DNA of 64,000 nucleotides from an uncultured bacterium (GTDB lineage: Bacteria; Desulfobacterota_D; UBA1144; Nemesobacterales; UBA2774). The notes beneath the pieces were generated by a model. That model was not told the origin of the DNA and did no database searches. It saw only the letters and a list, made by a program, of their open reading frames with translations. Below are positions 59,992 through 64,000 of the stretch, piece by piece (the first letter of the stretch is position 1; the number at the start of each line of letters is the position of its first letter). The stretch spans positions 2,528,001 through 2,592,000 of the forward strand of contig CAWGRW010000009.1 in NCBI GenBank assembly GCA_963825135.1, read 5' to 3'. A program made the translations under genes and the position numbers.

Positions 59992-62037
59992 CTACATACC
60001 CGAAGCGAACAGCAGGGCAATGAGTATCGCCAATATGTACAGTACGTACATATTGATATTGCCGCTCTGGATTCTTTTCACGTACTCGGAAGCTTTGATG
60101 GTCAGCATATGCACCGGCTGATAAAAATACCTGTTGTAAATATCCTGAATCCCAAGTTCAATAGTGCTTGATTTTTGAAAATAACGCATATCCTCGTCCC
60201 GATACTCGATGCTCGTTTGTTTAGTCGGCTTGAGCGCCCCGCGGAAAATAGTAACGATAGAGTTGGAGAATCCCGTGGCTGTGATTTCCATTCTCGGGCT
60301 AAGAGTTGTTCCGCAATCCCATGTGCGGCCGATTTTCGTTTTTCTGTTGCGTGAGACGAGATACACGGCAAAAAACGTCAATGCCATGGTTACAATAAGA
60401 CTTGCCAGGATAAGCGGCATTGAAATTGAAGCGAAGCCGTTCCGCATTCCGGCCGTTTGGATGGTTGAAAAGAATGCCGGTTCGGAAGCATTAAAGGCGC
60501 TCAAATCGCTCACAACGCCTGATACTGCATTTGTGATACCGCCCGCCGTAAATCCTATGACCAGAGTAAGAGCCGCGAGAACGGCCATTCCGGCACGAAG
60601 CGCGAAACCCGACTCTCTTGCGCGCCGGACATTCTCACTCCTTGGTCTCGCCAGGAATGTAATTCCGAACGCTCTCACAAAACACATTGCCGCAAGCCCC
60701 CCCGTAAACGCAAGCGATCCCGCCGCCAGCACAAATACCCAGCGCACCGAGATATTCGATGCCATGATTCCGCTAAAAAGAGCCTGAAACGTCATCCATT
60801 CGCTGAAAAAACCGTTCATAGGAGGCAGCGCCGATATCGCCATCGAGCCGGCGAGAAAGAAAAGCGCAGTTTGCGGCATATATTTTATTAAGCCGCCGTA
60901 TTCTTCCATATTTCTGGTATGGGTTTGGGAAATAACGGAACCGGCGCCCAGGAATAATAATGCTTTGAATATCGCATGGTTGAGAGTATGAAAAAGCGCC
61001 GCTACCAGGCTAAGGACGGCCAGCGGCTTCATGTCCAGCGACCAAAACACAAGCGAGCTGCCGAGTCCCAGCAGAATGATCCCGATATTCTCGATGCTGC
61101 TGTAAGCCAGGAGTCTTTTGATATTGTATTCGGTGAGTGCATACAAAACCCCTAACAGCGATGATATAGCGCCCAGTATTAAAATAACGACTCCCCACCA
61201 GAGCGGCGCGTCCGGCAGCATGTCCATGAACATCCGGATAAACATATAGATGCCGGTCTTGATCATCACGCCCGACATCAGGGCGGAGACATGGGACGGG
61301 GCGGCGGGGTGAGCGTTAGGCAGCCAGATGTGAAAAGGGATTATGCCCGCTTTTGTTCCAAACCCTATAAGCGCAAGAATGAAAACCGTATCGGTTATGA
61401 GCGGCGGACTATTTCCGATAGTTTCTTTTATTACGCCAAAGTCCAAAGACCCGGTAGAACGGTACAGGAGTAAAAAAGCCAGCGTTATAAACGCCGTCCC
61501 GACGTGGGTCATAATGAAATAAAGCGATCCCGCTTGCACATTTTCTTTTTCCTTGTTTTCATAAATAACCAGGAAATACGACGCAAGTGACATTATTTCC
61601 CACACGATGAGAAAAAAAAGGGCATTGTGCGCGCTGACCACCATAACCATGCCGACCAGAAAAATATTATAAAAAAAGCCGAGCGCGCCGATGTTATACC
61701 TTTTGTAATAATGCTTTACATATCCCAATGCATAGATTGAAGCGAGTAAAGCGATGAGCGAAATAAGGAAGATGAAAAATGCGGATAATTTATCTACGCT
61801 GAAAGATAACGATAACAGAGGCAGCGTGGAGTCGATGTTAAAAGAAAATGTCGGCCCGACGATCAGCACCGACAGAGAGAACAATAATCCGACACAGGAT
61901 CCGAGAATCGCAAAAGAATTTCCCCACCAGTTTGCCAGGCGGTCATTTTTGCTCAAGGCCAAAGCCCCGACAGCCCCTGCTAACCATAATAGGAGTGACA
62001 GAAAGAATATATTCGATGAGATAAGCGTGTTAAACAT
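59992..62037 (-). CDS. hyfB: HyfB-like antiporter-type membrane subunit
   Basis: WEIMSL, GFGTKAG..PFHIWLP.AHPAAPSHVSALMSG, KRLLAYSSIEN, NHAIFK, WDCG. Confidence 0.9.
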   Translation of the reverse strand: MFNTLISSNIFFLSLLLWLAGAVGALALSKNDRLANWWGNSFAILGSCVGLLFSLSVLIVGPTFSFNIDSTLPLLSLSFSVDKLSAFFIFLISLIALLASIYALGYVKHYYKRYNIGALGFFYNIFLVGMVMVVSAHNALFFLIVWEIMSLASYFLVIYENKEKENVQAGSLYFIMTHVGTAFITLAFLLLYRSTGSLDFGVIKETIGNSPPLITDTVFILALIGFGTKAGIIPFHIWLPNAHPAAPSHVSALMSGVMIKTGIYMFIRMFMDMLPDAPLWWGVVILILGAISSLLGVLYALTEYNIKRLLAYSSIENIGIILLGLGSSLVFWSLDMKPLAVLSLVAALFHTLNHAIFKALLFLGAGSVISQTHTRNMEEYGGLIKYMPQTALFFLAGSMAISALPPMNGFFSEWMTFQALFSGIMASNISVRWVFVLAAGSLAFTGGLAAMCFVRAFGITFLARPRSENVRRARESGFALRAGMAVLAALTLVIGFTAGGITNAVSGVVSDLSAFNASEPAFFSTIQTAGMRNGFASISMPLILASLIVTMALTFFAVYLVSRNRKTKIGRTWDCGTTLSPRMEITATGFSNSIVTIFRGALKPTKQTSIEYRDEDMRYFQKSSTIELGIQDIYNRYFYQPVHMLTIKASEYVKRIQSGNINMYVLYILAILIALLFASGM

Positions 62038-62039
62038 AT

Positions 62040-62579
62040 TTATTGGGCGGCCTTGGCGCGGGAATCGAACATTTCAAGGATTTGCAGCAAGCTGCAAAGT
62101 ATTACTCTTGGAGACGGCGGGTCTCCGGGAATATTAAAATCTACAGGAATGACATTGTGCACTCCGTCCAAAACTCCGTAAGAACCTTTAAAAATGCCTC
62201 CGTCTATCGCGTCATCTCCGACTGCCACGACAATCTTCGGATCAGGAACGGCTTCGTATGTCCTTACCAGCGCTTCTTCCATGTTTCTGGTAACGGGGCC
62301 CGTAACCATCAGCATGTCCGCGTGCCTTGGCGAAGCTACAAAATGGATTCCGAATCTTTCAATGTCGTAATAAGCGTTGCCGAGCGCCGTAAGCTCCTGC
62401 TCGCATGCGTTGGTCGATCCGGCATCTACGGCCCGGATAGCGAGCGAGCCGTGAAATGACCGCCGTACTGCGGCTTCCAGCGTTTTCCCTATAATGTTAA
62501 TGTCCGCATCGCACCCGAGCGACCGAACGTCTATGACCGTCTTCGGTGTCGAAAAAATTTTGTAATAAAGTCTGAACAT
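62040..62579 (-). CDS. EhrS/HyfI/NuoB-like small subunit with three of four Fe-S cysteines substituted
   Basis: DAGSTNACEQE, SPRHADML.VTGPVT.NM, VGDDAIDGG, IPGDPPSP. Confidence 0.9.
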   Translation of the reverse strand: MFRLYYKIFSTPKTVIDVRSLGCDADINIIGKTLEAAVRRSFHGSLAIRAVDAGSTNACEQELTALGNAYYDIERFGIHFVASPRHADMLMVTGPVTRNMEEALVRTYEAVPDPKIVVAVGDDAIDGGIFKGSYGVLDGVHNVIPVDFNIPGDPPSPRVILCSLLQILEMFDSRAKAAQ

Positions 62580-62853
62580 TTTCTTACTTGATTAAATCAT
62601 CAGCGCCGACGTCAAAACGCTTTTGCGATTTGTGAAGGGTTTCAATAGTTGTATACGGCATAGTCTTCTGCAGGCTGTACCGTACTGGCGGATCAAATGC
62701 TTTCGTAAGAACGTTCATGGGTGTTAACGCGCGGTTTCCTGATGATTGTTCAGTAAATAAGGTAGTTGTCAAGAGAAACGAAGGAAAATTCACACCGGAA
62801 ACGGATATGCGCGCATGAAATAACCGTGAGCGAAACCGGCTCCCTGCTATTAC

Positions 62854-63681
62854 TCATACGGACGGAATTTGCGTCTGACGACGGAAGAGCCAGGCGGCTG
62901 TCGGCATAGCGGCGAGGGTTATTGCGACGCACCAGACGACCGAGAGCCATCCGGCGTTTCCTATAGGCGTCCCGACTAGCCAGGCGCGCATTGCCTGAAT
63001 CACTATGGTAAACGGCTGGTTCTCTGCGAAGACGCGTAGAGGGGCGGGCATGCCGTCCGTCGGGACGAAGGCGCTCGAAGCGAAGGTCAGGGGCATGATG
63101 ACGATGTAGCTCACCCACTGTGCCGCCTCAATGCTCTTCACGATAAGCCCGAGAATGGCGCAGAACCACGACATGGCGAACGTAAAGAGGAGCAGGAGAC
63201 CGAACACCGCGAGCCATTCGGCAGGCCCCGCCGTCGGACGGAAGCCGACCGCGAAGCCCGCTATGAGCATTATGAGACCCGAGATGGTGTTGCGGAAGAG
63301 GTCTGCGACAACATGACCCGTAAGGAGAGCGGAGCTGTTCATGGGGAGAGAGCGGAACCTGTCCACTATGCCGCGCTTGAGGTCGAGCACGATGTTGACC
63401 GTGGTGTTGCTCGAGCCGAACGCGAGGGTCTCGACGAGTATGCCTGCCAGAAGGAAATTGGGGTAAGAGGTGTCGCCCGTATCGATAGCGCCTCCGAAGA
63501 CGTAGCGGAACAGGATCAGAAACATGACGGGCATGAGGATGAGCGACAGCAGCTGGTCGAGGTTCCTGGTGATGTGCTTGATGCTGCGTTTGGTAAGCAC
63601 CCACGAATCGCTCAGAACCCAATAGATAGCCGGGCGGCGTTCGGGTTCTACCTTCGTAAGTATGGAGGAAATCCGGTCCAT
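62854..63681 (-). CDS. ABC-2 exporter permease (DrrB-like)
   Basis: FRYVFGGAI, GIVDRFRSLP, PLTFASSAFVP, FAENQP. Confidence 0.9.
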   Translation of the reverse strand: MDRISSILTKVEPERRPAIYWVLSDSWVLTKRSIKHITRNLDQLLSLILMPVMFLILFRYVFGGAIDTGDTSYPNFLLAGILVETLAFGSSNTTVNIVLDLKRGIVDRFRSLPMNSSALLTGHVVADLFRNTISGLIMLIAGFAVGFRPTAGPAEWLAVFGLLLLFTFAMSWFCAILGLIVKSIEAAQWVSYIVIMPLTFASSAFVPTDGMPAPLRVFAENQPFTIVIQAMRAWLVGTPIGNAGWLSVVWCVAITLAAMPTAAWLFRRQTQIPSV

Positions 63682-63685
63682 GGCT

Positions 63686-64000
63686 TCACCTTATCTCCTT
63701 TTCCGTATGACCCTGGTTGGTTTCCGTCGTTGCGGCGTGTCCGGTGAGGGCTAAAAAAACGTCGTCCAGCGTGGGGCGGTGAAGAGATACGCTCTCGACC
63801 TCGACCCCTGCATTCTCGAGACAGTCCAGGATTTCCCTGAGGTCCCGGACGCCGTTTTTGGTCGCGACGCTTATGCTCCGGCGCGGGAGGTCTATGTATA
63901 GCTCATCGGACGTGAAGACTTTCTTCGCGGCCTCGAAATCGCTTGTTCCCGCGATGACGAACTCCAGGTATTCGGACCCCACCCGCGCTTTCAGCTCCGA
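63686..64000 (-). CDS. ABC exporter ATP-binding protein (DrrA-like), C-terminal part only
   Basis: Frame open to the window edge: ELKARVG...RPTLDDVFLALTG; directly upstream of the permease. Confidence 0.85.
   Translation of the reverse strand, partial: SELKARVGSEYLEFVIAGTSDFEAAKKVFTSDELYIDLPRRSISVATKNGVRDLREILDCLENAGVEVESVSLHRPTLDDVFLALTGHAATTETNQGHTEKEIR

Noticed and set aside
62584..62793. 69-aa ORF, or an M-box riboswitch, in the Ehr leader
   Set aside because: The ORF has no recognisable features. Only a short CTATGCC..TACA resemblance to the M-box exists, and its 5' TAGGTGAGGC core is missing.

Overview
A bacterial chromosomal segment of moderately high GC, mostly housekeeping genes. 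A deltaproteobacteria-like lineage such as Ca. Dadabacteria is plausible from gene content and the IPTL-CTERM paralogs, but this is inference only. Housekeeping and metabolic genes: fabD (partial), rpmF, yceD, an opp/dpp peptide ABC operon whose binding-protein gene has two frameshift sites, nfeD-SPFH, an AAA+/VWA pair, mtaB-mnmA, rplU-rpmA, an SQR-like flavoprotein, a B12 radical SAM enzyme, tandem IPTL-CTERM genes, a stand-alone diadenylate cyclase with a metallophosphoesterase, a pyruvate decarboxylase, gltA, ptsP, an RNB nuclease, pyrG and rdgB-rph. The accessory right end holds a sigma-54-driven beta-helix protein, an ArsR-SRPBCC pair, an AT-richer six-gene Ehr/Hyf-like membrane complex and a DrrAB-like ABC exporter. 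Three signals stand out. (1) The Ehr-like complex lacks the NiFe cysteines and also three of the four [4Fe-4S] cysteines of its small subunit (C>T, C>D, C>D). (2) Intergenic mosaics of several REP-like palindrome families carry about 88-nt two-hairpin inserts of shared architecture. (3) A roughly 70-nt repeat starts directly at the stop codon of several unrelated genes. No tRNA, rRNA, CRISPR array, integrase or transposase was recognised.
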